Source: Silvanigrellaceae bacterium (lineage in GTDB: Bacteria > Bdellovibrionota_B > Oligoflexia > Silvanigrellales > Silvanigrellaceae). From it: a stretch of 18,009 nucleotides of DNA. Below the pieces are notes generated by a model. It worked only from the letters and a program-made list of their open reading frames with translations. It was not told the DNA's origin and made no database searches. The stretch is from assembly GCA_049423385.1 (NCBI GenBank), contig JBMSQQ010000067.1:1-18009 (forward strand), read 5' to 3'. Position 1 is the first letter of the stretch. Every line of letters begins with the position of its first letter. The position numbers were made by a program, and so were the translations under genes. This document shows, piece by piece, positions 6,530 to 15,113 of this stretch.

Positions 6530-7378
6530 ATGTCGAGCATTCCCTTTTATGCAAAGCGCTGGGTTTCGGGAACAACAATGACCGAGGCACTCACACAGGT
6601 TGTTGAATTGAACTCCAAAAATATTTCGGTCACCCTGGACCTTCTGGGCGAAAATATCACCAGCCTAGAACAAGCCAAAGTTTGTGCACAAGAATACGTC
6701 GACATGCTGGAGAAAATTTCCAGCCAAAAACTCAGCTCGCATGTTTCGGTGAAATTGACGATGCTTGGACTCGACATCAACGAAGATGTTTGTTTCGAAA
6801 ATTTGAAGTCGATACTTGCCAAGGCGGATGCCCTGGGCAACAGGGTCGCTCTCGACATGGAGGGCACCCCTTACACAGAACGCACCCTTCGGATCTATGA
6901 AGCAGCGTGCCAACAGTTCAAATCCCCCGAAATTGTCCTGCAGGCGTATCTGCACCGCACCGAAAAAGACATTGAACGTGTGCTGAAAGCCAACGGTCGC
7001 CTGCGGCTGTGCAAGGGCGCCTACAAGGAAAAGCCCGAAGTTGCCCTCCAGAAGATGTCGGATATTGTCAAAAACTACCAAAGACTCTCATCGCGCCTGC
7101 TGCGTGAAGCCAATCGCGTCTGTCTTGCTTCCCATGACGACGTGATCATCGAATATTGCAAGCAAGAGATCCGTTCTGCCCAGGTTCCAAAGGAGCGCTA
7201 CGAGTTTCAGATGCTCTATGGCATGCGCTCCAAGACATGGGAAAGCATTGCAAACGATGGCCACAATATGACCGTCTACCTTCCCTATGGTGAACATTGG
7301 CAAGCCTACTATTCTCGCCGCCTCGCCGAGCGCAAGGAAAACATCTTCTTCGTCCTCAAAAACCTCTTCAGGGATTGA
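6530..7378 (+). CDS. Monofunctional proline dehydrogenase (PRODH)
   Basis: LDLLGE, SVKLT, DME, LQAYLHRT, RLCKGAYKE, ASHD, EFQMLYG and YLPYG...YYSRRLAER motifs; GAGGA SD. Confidence 0.93.
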   Translation: MSSIPFYAKRWVSGTTMTEALTQVVELNSKNISVTLDLLGENITSLEQAKVCAQEYVDMLEKISSQKLSSHVSVKLTMLGLDINEDVCFENLKSILAKADALGNRVALDMEGTPYTERTLRIYEAACQQFKSPEIVLQAYLHRTEKDIERVLKANGRLRLCKGAYKEKPEVALQKMSDIVKNYQRLSSRLLREANRVCLASHDDVIIEYCKQEIRSAQVPKERYEFQMLYGMRSKTWESIANDGHNMTVYLPYGEHWQAYYSRRLAERKENIFFVLKNLFRD

Positions 7379-7426
7379 TTCCCAACCTGCAGCGTCAAAA
7401 GACCCACCTTTTTCCACTCGGGGATC

Positions 7427-7435
7427 TGGTACGAT
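7427..7435 (+). promoter_or_regulatory. Possible extended -10 promoter (TGgTACGAT) for motAB
   Basis: TG-n-TAcgAT about 28 nt upstream of the motA ATG; no good -35 element. Confidence 0.3.
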
Positions 7436-7462
7436 TCTCTTGGCTTAACCAGGGGAATCGAC

Positions 7463-8209
7463 ATGGAACTCTCGAGTATTCTTGGGCCTGTTTTCGGAAT
7501 CGTCGCCGTTTTTGGAACCGCAGTCATCAAAGGTCTGCCTTTGAAATCGCTGTGGGGTGGCTCTGCTCTGATGATCGTGGGTTTGGGCACCCTTGCAGCG
7601 GTGACGGTCGCGTATCCAATGGCTGACATGATTCATTCATTCAAGTCGTTAGGATTGTTCCTGAAGGGTCCGCAAATAAATGTTGAACAACTGATTGCGG
7701 ACGTCGAAAGATTGGCTCAGTTGGCAAGAAAAGATGGCTTTCTGGCGCTGGAAAAGGAAGTCGCAAATCTCCAGGACCATTTCCTGGCCAAAGGCATTCA
7801 GATGCTGGTCGACAACACCGAGCCGCACGTGATTCAGGAAGTGCTCGAAACAGAAATCGCTCTGCTTTATGAAGAAGAAGAAATCGCGGCAAAGTTTTGG
7901 GAAGACGCTGGCGCCTTCTCGCCGACGGTGGGAATCATTGGCGCCGTGTTGGGACTCATGGTGGTGATGGCCAACCTGAGCAACCCGGACGCGATTGGAC
8001 CTGGAATCGCGACCGCGTTCATTGCAACGATTTATGGTGTGGCGATTGCAAATCTTTTCGCGCTTCCGGCCGGGAAGAAGATCAAGCGCATGTGCCATCA
8101 CAAAAAGATTGCTCGTGAAATGGCCATGATTGGCGTTCTTGGAATTGCCCAGAGCCACAGCCCCAAGGTTTTGGCTGAACGACTCCGCGGCATGCACGGC
8201 GGTCACTGA
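7463..8209 (+). CDS. motA: Flagellar motor stator protein MotA
   Basis: ARKDGFLALEKE, FLAKGIQMLVD, AGAFSPTVGIIGAVLGL, ATAFIATIYGV, ANLFALP. Confidence 0.93.
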   Translation: MELSSILGPVFGIVAVFGTAVIKGLPLKSLWGGSALMIVGLGTLAAVTVAYPMADMIHSFKSLGLFLKGPQINVEQLIADVERLAQLARKDGFLALEKEVANLQDHFLAKGIQMLVDNTEPHVIQEVLETEIALLYEEEEIAAKFWEDAGAFSPTVGIIGAVLGLMVVMANLSNPDAIGPGIATAFIATIYGVAIANLFALPAGKKIKRMCHHKKIAREMAMIGVLGIAQSHSPKVLAERLRGMHGGH

Positions 8210-8248
8210 TTTTAGACCGCTGATTCCACCCCTTCGAAAGGCTCATTC

Positions 8249-9127
8249 ATGGCCAAGAAGCAAAAATGCCCAGAATTTGAAAACCATGAACGGTGGCTCG
8301 TTGCTTTTGCCGACATGATGACGTTGCTTTTCGCGCTTTTCGTGGTTTTGTACGCCATGGCCAACCTCGACAAATCCAAGGCGAAGAAAGTTGAAATTTC
8401 GATTCAAAAAGCCTTTGCCAACGAGTTCGACGACGAAACAATGCCGGAAGGCGTGCCGCGCGGACACGACATGAAAAAGGGGATTTTCCGTTTCAACAAG
8501 GGCAACACGAACAGGGATCAAGTGGCAACCCGCACCCGGCGTGAAATGGCTGCGATCATTGCTGCAGACACTGCAAAGGTGGAACGCGAGATTGCAGAGA
8601 GACTTTACGGTTCGAAAGACTTTCCCCAGGCGCAGAACCAAAAGCCTGAAGATCGTGTCGTCTTCATCAACAAGGACAACGACGGAATTCGCATCACACT
8701 GCTGGCACGAAAATTTTTCAACCCCAACGAAGCGACTCTGACAAACGAAGCGCGGTCAGCACTCGATGGGGTGGCGTTGGCGGTGAAGAACATTGGTCGA
8801 CAAGTTCGCGTTGAAGGACACACTGACAATCGTCCATTCAATATCAATGGAATGACCAACTGGGAATTGAGTGGTGCGCGCGCGTCGGCAGTGGTGCGCT
8901 ATTTTATCAACCAGCACAAATACAATCCGAGATCCCTGTACGCAGCCGGTTTTGCAGACACTCAACCTGTGGCTTCGAACGAAACACCCGAAGATCGGAG
9001 CATGAACAGGCGGGTCGATATCAAGATTCTATACGATACCCCCACGGACTATGTGCCTTCAGACGAAAGCGCGAAAGGCAGTGAAGCTCCTTCCGAACCC
9101 GCACCAAGCGCCCAGCCCACACCGTGA
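8249..9127 (+). CDS. motB: Flagellar motor stator protein MotB (OmpA-like PG-binding domain)
   Basis: ERWLVAFADMMTLLFALFVVLYAM TM with conserved Asp; VEGHTDN, NWELSGARASAV, NRRVDI. Confidence 0.94.
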   Translation: MAKKQKCPEFENHERWLVAFADMMTLLFALFVVLYAMANLDKSKAKKVEISIQKAFANEFDDETMPEGVPRGHDMKKGIFRFNKGNTNRDQVATRTRREMAAIIAADTAKVEREIAERLYGSKDFPQAQNQKPEDRVVFINKDNDGIRITLLARKFFNPNEATLTNEARSALDGVALAVKNIGRQVRVEGHTDNRPFNINGMTNWELSGARASAVVRYFINQHKYNPRSLYAAGFADTQPVASNETPEDRSMNRRVDIKILYDTPTDYVPSDESAKGSEAPSEPAPSAQPTP

Positions 9128-9179
9128 TTCCGGCGGGGCCAGGGGTGATGCCCACCGAGATTTGGAACTCGATTCGTGA

Positions 9180-9815
9180 TTAGACCTGGCGATTGCCGTC
9201 CTTGGACTTTGGTCTAGTGATCGGGATTGGTTCCGACGTCTGCGTTGACGATTCTCTGCGCTTTTTCGCTGTCGCGGGAATCCCTGTGACCGTGGTGTTT
9301 GCATCGACATCTCCGACGACAACGGCTCCGGCACCCACCTTGGCTTCTTCTCCCAAATTGACCGGACCAATAACCGTTGCACCTACCCCAACAACAACTC
9401 CACGTTCGAGAGTCGGATGACGACGTCCTTGGCGAAATCTTGAACTTCCGAGAGTGACGTTTTGATAAATCAGGCAATCATCACCAACCACAGCCGTTTC
9501 TCCAATCACCGTTCCCATTCCGTGATCGATGACAACCCTCCTGCCAACATGCGCTCCCGGGTGAATTTCCACACCCGTCATGGTTCGCCCAAGTTCAGAC
9601 AACATTCGGGCAGAAAATTTGGCATCCATTTGCCAAAGTGTATGCGATACCCGGTGCAAAAGAACTGCTTTCACCCCGGGATACAGAAGTAAAATCTCGA
9701 GAGATGAGCGAGCTGCGGGATCCTTACCCCGCACTGCTTCAGGAAGTTCCCTGAAGTCGTTCATGATGGCATTTATTCCATCCACCAGAAATCTTGATTT
9801 CTGCAGCAACCGCAT
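9180..9815 (-). CDS. cysE: Serine O-acetyltransferase (CysE/EpsC-type)
   Basis: DPAARS.LE.LLLYPG, TGVEIHPGA, IDHGMGTVIGETA, RHPTL and hexapeptide repeats. Start placed at ATG 9815 after a GAGGGA SD. Confidence 0.88.
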   Translation of the reverse strand: MRLLQKSRFLVDGINAIMNDFRELPEAVRGKDPAARSSLEILLLYPGVKAVLLHRVSHTLWQMDAKFSARMLSELGRTMTGVEIHPGAHVGRRVVIDHGMGTVIGETAVVGDDCLIYQNVTLGSSRFRQGRRHPTLERGVVVGVGATVIGPVNLGEEAKVGAGAVVVGDVDANTTVTGIPATAKKRRESSTQTSEPIPITRPKSKDGNRQV

Positions 9816-10037
9816 AAACATCCCTCTCATTCTTTTGAATACCGGCGAGATCGGACTACAATATCGCCCAGCTTGCGAACAAGTCAGCTGCAATAGCTTG
9901 CGGCAAACCAAATTCAGGCAGTCCGAGCGTGAAAGAAGAACTCTTTCAAGGTATGTTGTGGTAACGGTTGTTCTCAAGCCCCTTTGCAACAATGATGAAA
10001 CGTGCGCCTAGGTTTTGACAAAACGGGTGGAACCAAA

Positions 10038-10928
10038 ATGAGCGAAAACAGACAAATCCAAATGAATACCCGAACTCCCTATTCAATTTCGGTTGCTTAT
10101 ATCGCTGCTGCACTAATGCTGTTGCCGGCATGCATGACTTCCAAGCGTGAAGAAGAGCTCAACGCGCAGTTGAAAGCTTTGGAAGTGCGAATGATCGAAA
10201 TGGAAAAGCAGGTCCAGGTGCGCGACCGTACTTTTGATGTCGTCAAAAACACGACTGAGGAGTCGTCACGCAAAGTGCTGACCGCGAAAAGCGAACTCGA
10301 CGAGGTCCGCCGACAATTGTCCATGACACAAGGTGCCATCGACGAACTGCGGGTCAAGATGGCGCGGGTTCAGGAAGGTGCAACCAACAGCGGCCTGAAT
10401 GCGAAGTCGCTTTCCGATGATTCAAGCGTGCTTCGCTTGTCGGAACTTGATGACTGGCAAAACAAGGTCGAAAAAAGGCTCACGAAGGCAGAGCTCCTGG
10501 CCAAGGACGCTCACGAGACCACTGGAAAAGAAAAAAAGAACATTGCAATCAAGAATCGTGACGAACTGGCCAAAATGTTGAGTTCTGCTTATTCGCAAAA
10601 AGACTATGCCAAAGTGATCCGTTTGGCTTCGGGGGTGATTGGAAATTCAACCTCAGAACCGATGAAGACGCTGGCCATGGAATTCCGGGCCGAGGCACAG
10701 TTCCAGCTGAGAAATTATGGCAAAGCAGCACTGGACTTGATGGAAATTATTGAGAAATACCCATCATTTGAAAGAAAACCCCGGGCACTCTTGCTTGCCG
10801 GAGACAGCTGCGTGTATCTGAAGCAGCTTCGTGCCGCGAAAGCCCTTTATGCCGAATGCGTTAGACAATTCCCCGACAAGGAGGAATGCAAGGCTTCCAA
10901 GGAGCGGTTGGCGCGCCTGGGAGTTTAG
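10038..10928 (+). CDS. cpoB: CpoB/YbgF-like lipoprotein (coiled coil + TPR)
   Basis: Lipobox LLPA-C, long N-terminal coiled coil, C-terminal TPRs (AEAQFQLRNYGKAA, KYPSFERKPRALLLAG, YAECVRQFP). Start is ATG 10038 or 10062. Confidence 0.72.
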   Translation: MSENRQIQMNTRTPYSISVAYIAAALMLLPACMTSKREEELNAQLKALEVRMIEMEKQVQVRDRTFDVVKNTTEESSRKVLTAKSELDEVRRQLSMTQGAIDELRVKMARVQEGATNSGLNAKSLSDDSSVLRLSELDDWQNKVEKRLTKAELLAKDAHETTGKEKKNIAIKNRDELAKMLSSAYSQKDYAKVIRLASGVIGNSTSEPMKTLAMEFRAEAQFQLRNYGKAALDLMEIIEKYPSFERKPRALLLAGDSCVYLKQLRAAKALYAECVRQFPDKEECKASKERLARLGV

Positions 10929-12038
10929 GTGATTACAAAGTCGATTTTGGCTCTTGAATCTTCGTGCGATGAAACCTCGGTTTCCATCGTTCAAGGTCGT
11001 TTTTCTTCGTCATCTGCCATTGAATCCCCAGCTGCCGTGAAGGTCCTGGCCCATTATGTGGAAAGCCAGACATCCCACCTCGCCTTCGGTGGTGTTGTTC
11101 CGGAAGTGGCCGCCAGGGATCACCTTCTCAAAATCACTCCGCTCGCCATGGAATGCATCTCGCGTTCAGGAATCAATCCCCAGGATTTGGACGGGATTGC
11201 CGTGACCTCAGGACCGGGTCTGATTGGGGCACTCATGGTGGGCAGTCTTTTTGCGCAGGGATTGTCGCTGGCCCTGAAAAAACCACTTCTTGCGATCAAT
11301 CACGTTGATGCTCATCTTGCTCCTGCATTGATGTTGAACCGTTTTTCTCCTGAAACTGATCTGCAGCAATGGATCGACATTCCCGCAGTGGAATTTCCTG
11401 CCCTCGCACTCACTGTCAGCGGCGGCCACTGTCATTTGAGTTTACTGAAGAGCCCGATCGAGCGAGTGATCCTTGGGCACACCGCCGACGATGCTTGCGG
11501 CGAGGCATTCGACAAAGTCGCAAAGCTTCTTGGACTTCCTTATCCCGGTGGTCCTCACCTGGAAAAACTGGCACTCCTTTCGGACAATCATAATCAGCCG
11601 TTCAAATTCACCTCGACACTGGCAGACAAAAACAATCGATACGGATTCAGCTACAGCGGCATCAAAACACAAGTGCTTGACGTTGTCCGCAGACAATTGG
11701 GTCATCCGCAAGGACGAATTGATGGCTCAACACTGCCACTGGCAACCAAAGCCAACATTGCATCTGCGTTCCAGGAAGCAGCTCTGGGACAACTCGCGGA
11801 TCGGGTGCAGAATGCATTGCGTGATTTTCCGGATACTCGAACCTTGCTTGTCGCTGGAGGAGTTGCCGCAAATGGCGTGTTTCGCGAAAAAATGAAGGCC
11901 TTTGAAAAACTTCGCATCCGCTTCGCTCCGCTGAGTTTGTGCTCAGACAATGCGACCATGATCGGATTGCATGCACTTCTTCCGGGAACCATGTTGGCTT
12001 CCAACCATCCTTTTTCTCGTTATTCATACCCCTCCTGA
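10929..12038 (+). CDS. tsaD: tRNA N6-threonylcarbamoyladenosine synthase TsaD
   Basis: ILALESSCDET, GGVVPEVAARDH, GPGL, HxxxH (HVDAH), SGGH, DDACGEAFDKVAK, FSYSGIKT, GGVAAN, DNATMI. GTG directly follows the upstream TAG. Confidence 0.95.
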   Translation: MITKSILALESSCDETSVSIVQGRFSSSSAIESPAAVKVLAHYVESQTSHLAFGGVVPEVAARDHLLKITPLAMECISRSGINPQDLDGIAVTSGPGLIGALMVGSLFAQGLSLALKKPLLAINHVDAHLAPALMLNRFSPETDLQQWIDIPAVEFPALALTVSGGHCHLSLLKSPIERVILGHTADDACGEAFDKVAKLLGLPYPGGPHLEKLALLSDNHNQPFKFTSTLADKNNRYGFSYSGIKTQVLDVVRRQLGHPQGRIDGSTLPLATKANIASAFQEAALGQLADRVQNALRDFPDTRTLLVAGGVAANGVFREKMKAFEKLRIRFAPLSLCSDNATMIGLHALLPGTMLASNHPFSRYSYPS

Positions 12039-12047
12039 GGAGTCACC

Positions 12048-12953
12048 ATGAAATCAAGCAGACGACTCGCACGTGGAGACGGCTTTGCATTTGAACTCGA
12101 AACCAGAAAAAATCTTGGCCAGAACTTTCTGGCCGATTCATCCATCATAGAAAGAATTGTCGCACGTGCGGAGACCCACGCTGAACGCTCGAACCGCCGC
12201 TGCATCGAAATTGGACCTGGCTCTGGAGCATTGACCCGCAGACTTCTGGAGAACGGCTGGAAGGTCTACGCAGTTGAAAAGGATGAACGCGCTGTCGAAG
12301 GACTCAAAAACAGTCTGGGGCAGGAATTTGCCGGCAATCTGGATGTCACGGGAACGGACGTCCTTCGGGTCGACGTCAGCAAATTTTTATTGGAAAAGCA
12401 GGAAAATTCTCCAACCCCTCTTTGTATCGGCAACATTCCCTACTACATCACGAGCGACATTCTCTTCTGGTTTTTGAATCAGCAAAAACACTTTTCTGCT
12501 GCCATCATCATGATTCAAAAAGAAGTTGCAGAGCGACTTGCTTCTGCGCCTGGAGCGAAAGACTACGGACGCTTGACTGTCAGGACACAACTGCAGTGCG
12601 AAGTGGATCAGGTGCTTGTTGCACCGGCGAGCGCTTTCGTGCCACCACCGAAAGTCGATTCGGCAGTTGTGGAGCTGAAGCCATTGGAATCGCCATTGTT
12701 GGCCACAGAAGAGGCAGATGCTTTTGGCAAATTCACGGCCGCCTTGTTCAGCGCGCGTCGAAAAATGTTGCGCAAGACACTTCTGCACATTGCTCATGAG
12801 ATGTCTGGACAGGCCGTCGAAGTCGAGGCGGCCGCACAATTTGAAAAATTGGCGATGCAGGAACTCGGCATCAGCTTCAACCAACGCCCCGAAGAACTCC
12901 CGCCACACATTCTCTTGAAGCTTTTTCGTCAACTCAGGGGATTACGGAAATAA
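12048..12953 (+). CDS. rsmA: 16S rRNA m6,2A1518/1519 dimethyltransferase RsmA (KsgA)
   Basis: LGQNFL, IEIGPGSGALT, VEKD, GNIPYYIT, MIQKEVAERL, YGRL, PPPKVDSAV, RRKML. Confidence 0.96.
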   Translation: MKSSRRLARGDGFAFELETRKNLGQNFLADSSIIERIVARAETHAERSNRRCIEIGPGSGALTRRLLENGWKVYAVEKDERAVEGLKNSLGQEFAGNLDVTGTDVLRVDVSKFLLEKQENSPTPLCIGNIPYYITSDILFWFLNQQKHFSAAIIMIQKEVAERLASAPGAKDYGRLTVRTQLQCEVDQVLVAPASAFVPPPKVDSAVVELKPLESPLLATEEADAFGKFTAALFSARRKMLRKTLLHIAHEMSGQAVEVEAAAQFEKLAMQELGISFNQRPEELPPHILLKLFRQLRGLRK

Positions 12954-13431
12954 GAAGCGGTTGCACAAATTCGCCACCGTTATCCAACTTGACAATCAAA
13001 CGGCAATTGTATCGACCGTCGGGCGTTTCTTCACCAACAACCAGGTTCAGGGTACGCCCCTGAACCAGCGAGCCCTTCAAGCTTTCGCTGCCGGATTGAA
13101 ACTCGATGCTGCGCACAATCCCCGAATTGACAACACCATCAGCCAGAGGAATTTGAACTTTGACACTTCCACCACGCTGTAGAGTCAGGGGTTCAATCGG
13201 TCGTGCGAAAACCTGAAGCCTGGAAGAAGCAACTCCGCTTCCTTCATCGCTGCTTGATCTGACCGCCATCAATGCATTTGTGGTTTGAGGTTCCGAATCC
13301 GAACGTTGAATGAAATTTTTGTCGACCGACAAGGCAGGGCTCTGCTGACCGCAAGACACCATCACTGCAACAAGCGATGCCAGAACCAGTTTTGAAAAAA
13401 GATTTCGCTGTCGTAGGTCTCGAAACAACAT
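12934..13431 (-). CDS. Hypothetical lipoprotein with beta-rich (Ig-like) C-terminal domain
   Basis: GGAGG SD; signal peptide ending VMVS-C; S/T-rich linker followed by beta-strand pattern. Its 3' end overlaps convergent rsmA by 20 nt. Confidence 0.72.
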   Translation of the reverse strand: MLFRDLRQRNLFSKLVLASLVAVMVSCGQQSPALSVDKNFIQRSDSEPQTTNALMAVRSSSDEGSGVASSRLQVFARPIEPLTLQRGGSVKVQIPLADGVVNSGIVRSIEFQSGSESLKGSLVQGRTLNLVVGEETPDGRYNCRLIVKLDNGGEFVQPLLISVIP

Positions 13432-13459
13432 TAAACAGCACCTCCACCCACCTCTCTCC

Positions 13460-13487
13460 TCTTCGGAATGACTTGAGAATTAGTTTA
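13460..13487 (-). promoter_or_regulatory. Possible sigma-28 (FliA)-type promoter TAAA-N16-TCCGAAGA
   Basis: Resembles TAAA-N15/16-GCCGATAA and lies just upstream of the lipoprotein SD. Confidence 0.3.
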
Positions 13488-13519
13488 ATTTATTCAAAAC
13501 ACCAACCACAGAAACCTTC

Positions 13520-13548
13520 TTGACCACCGCTCAACTCCCAGTCACAAT
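13520..13548 (+). promoter_or_regulatory. Sigma-70-type promoter TTGACC-N17-CACAAT for ctpA
   Basis: 5/6 and 4/6 consensus matches with exact 17-nt spacing, 25 nt upstream of the ATG. Confidence 0.5.
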
Positions 13549-13573
13549 TGGCAAAAATGCGGAGTGAACGATC

Positions 13574-15055
13574 ATGAAACCAACCCACTTGCCCTTTGCC
13601 AATAAGTCGTTTCTCCTGATAGCCCTGCAATTTTGGGCATTTTACCCGAAATTGGCGACTGCCAGTCCGCAAAATCAAGCCCAGGGAAAGCAGGAATCGG
13701 CCAAGGTGCAAGCCTCCCAAAAAATCGATTCACCTGTGGAAATCCTTGAAACAAGGAATAAAAAATTCCAATCACTCGAGGCTTTTTCTCGAGTGTTGAA
13801 TCACCTGGAAACCATGTACGTGGACGAAAAATCGGTTTCCAGTGATGTCCTCATCGAGCGTGCACTGAAGGGGATGGTTTCTTCACTGGACCCCCACACC
13901 GCCTACCTCCCGGTGCAGCAACTGAGAGAACTGACAAACGACACCTCCGGAAAGTTTGGTGGCATTGGTGTTGTGCTCTCGCAGCAAAACGGAAAACTGG
14001 AGATTATTGAAGTCGTGCCTGACACTCCCGCATCCAAAGCAAAACTACAACCCGGGGATGTGATAGTTGCAGTCGACGGAATCCAAATAAACAAAAACAA
14101 TATCGAAGATGTGCTCAACAAACTTCGGGGACTACCTGGTTCCAGCGTTCGCCTTGAAATTCAACCGGCTCCCGAAACCGCCGGTGGCAAAACATCACGA
14201 CCTCCGCTGCGCAATCTTCAACTGGTGCGCGAGATCATCAAAAGCCAGAGCGTCGTGCACCAGAGCTTGTCTCCCGGGTACGTGTACATCAGGGTTGGAG
14301 TTTTTCAGGAAGACTCGAGTGAGCAGGTCGACAAGTTCCTGCGCAAATACGAAGCTGAAAACAATGGAAAACTGCGTGGGCTTGTCCTTGATCTGAGAAG
14401 CAATCCTGGTGGATTGCTGGATCAGGCTGTGCGGATTGCCGATCTCTTCCTGGATTCGGGAATAATTGTATCCACGGTGGGACGCGATCGTGCACGACAA
14501 GAAGTTGAATACGCAAGCAAGCGCCACACACACCCGTATATGCCGCTCGTTGTGTTGGTCAATGAAGCTTCTGCCAGCGCTTCCGAAATTGTTGCGGGTG
14601 CACTTCAAGATCACAACAGGGCGCTTGTGGTGGGGATGCCGACCTTTGGAAAAGGGAGTGTCCAGCAGATTATTCCTCTGCCCAACGGTGCAGGACTGAA
14701 GATGACGGTCGCCAGGTACTACACGCCCAGTGGTCGCAGTATTCAAGCCAAGGGCATTACACCTGACGTCAATTTACCGGCCAATCCAAGTTCACGCTCA
14801 GCATTGAAGACTGCACCCGGAGCGAACACAGATGTCATGAAGGATGAAGATTCACAGTCGACGCCTGCTCCGCGCGGAAGCAGGAAAGAAGTTGATCTGG
14901 AAGGTCATATTGAATCCACAGATCTTTCAAATTCACCGTCCAATCTGGGATTTGCATCCGATATTGAGAAGTGGCCGACCAATTTGAAAAACGACTACCA
15001 ATTGAAAATGGGATACACTTACCTGCGCAGTTGGGCGCGATTTGCGCAGAACTAA
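13574..15055 (+). CDS. ctpA: Carboxyl-terminal processing protease (S41A, PDZ)
   Basis: Signal peptide; LDPHTAY, FGGIG (PDZ), LDLRSNPGGLL, SASASEIVAGALQD (Ser), TFGKGSVQ (Lys), ARYYTPSGRSIQ.GITPD. Confidence 0.94.
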   Translation: MKPTHLPFANKSFLLIALQFWAFYPKLATASPQNQAQGKQESAKVQASQKIDSPVEILETRNKKFQSLEAFSRVLNHLETMYVDEKSVSSDVLIERALKGMVSSLDPHTAYLPVQQLRELTNDTSGKFGGIGVVLSQQNGKLEIIEVVPDTPASKAKLQPGDVIVAVDGIQINKNNIEDVLNKLRGLPGSSVRLEIQPAPETAGGKTSRPPLRNLQLVREIIKSQSVVHQSLSPGYVYIRVGVFQEDSSEQVDKFLRKYEAENNGKLRGLVLDLRSNPGGLLDQAVRIADLFLDSGIIVSTVGRDRARQEVEYASKRHTHPYMPLVVLVNEASASASEIVAGALQDHNRALVVGMPTFGKGSVQQIIPLPNGAGLKMTVARYYTPSGRSIQAKGITPDVNLPANPSSRSALKTAPGANTDVMKDEDSQSTPAPRGSRKEVDLEGHIESTDLSNSPSNLGFASDIEKWPTNLKNDYQLKMGYTYLRSWARFAQN

Positions 15056-15113
15056 AAAACAAACCTGTTCATGCTGCCCACAGCCGACTCACGCACGAAT
15101 TGAATGCGGTTTG

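Noticed and set aside
7463..9127. Zorya ZorAB anti-phage system or ExbBD/TolQR
   Set aside because: MotA is 248 aa with no long ZorA tail, both proteins have canonical flagellar stator motifs, and no zorC/D/E or tonB is adjacent.
11299..11400. TsaD HVDAH variant and following insertion as a sign of altered function
   Set aside because: Both metal-binding His residues and all other motifs are intact; the changes are conservative or in a variable loop.
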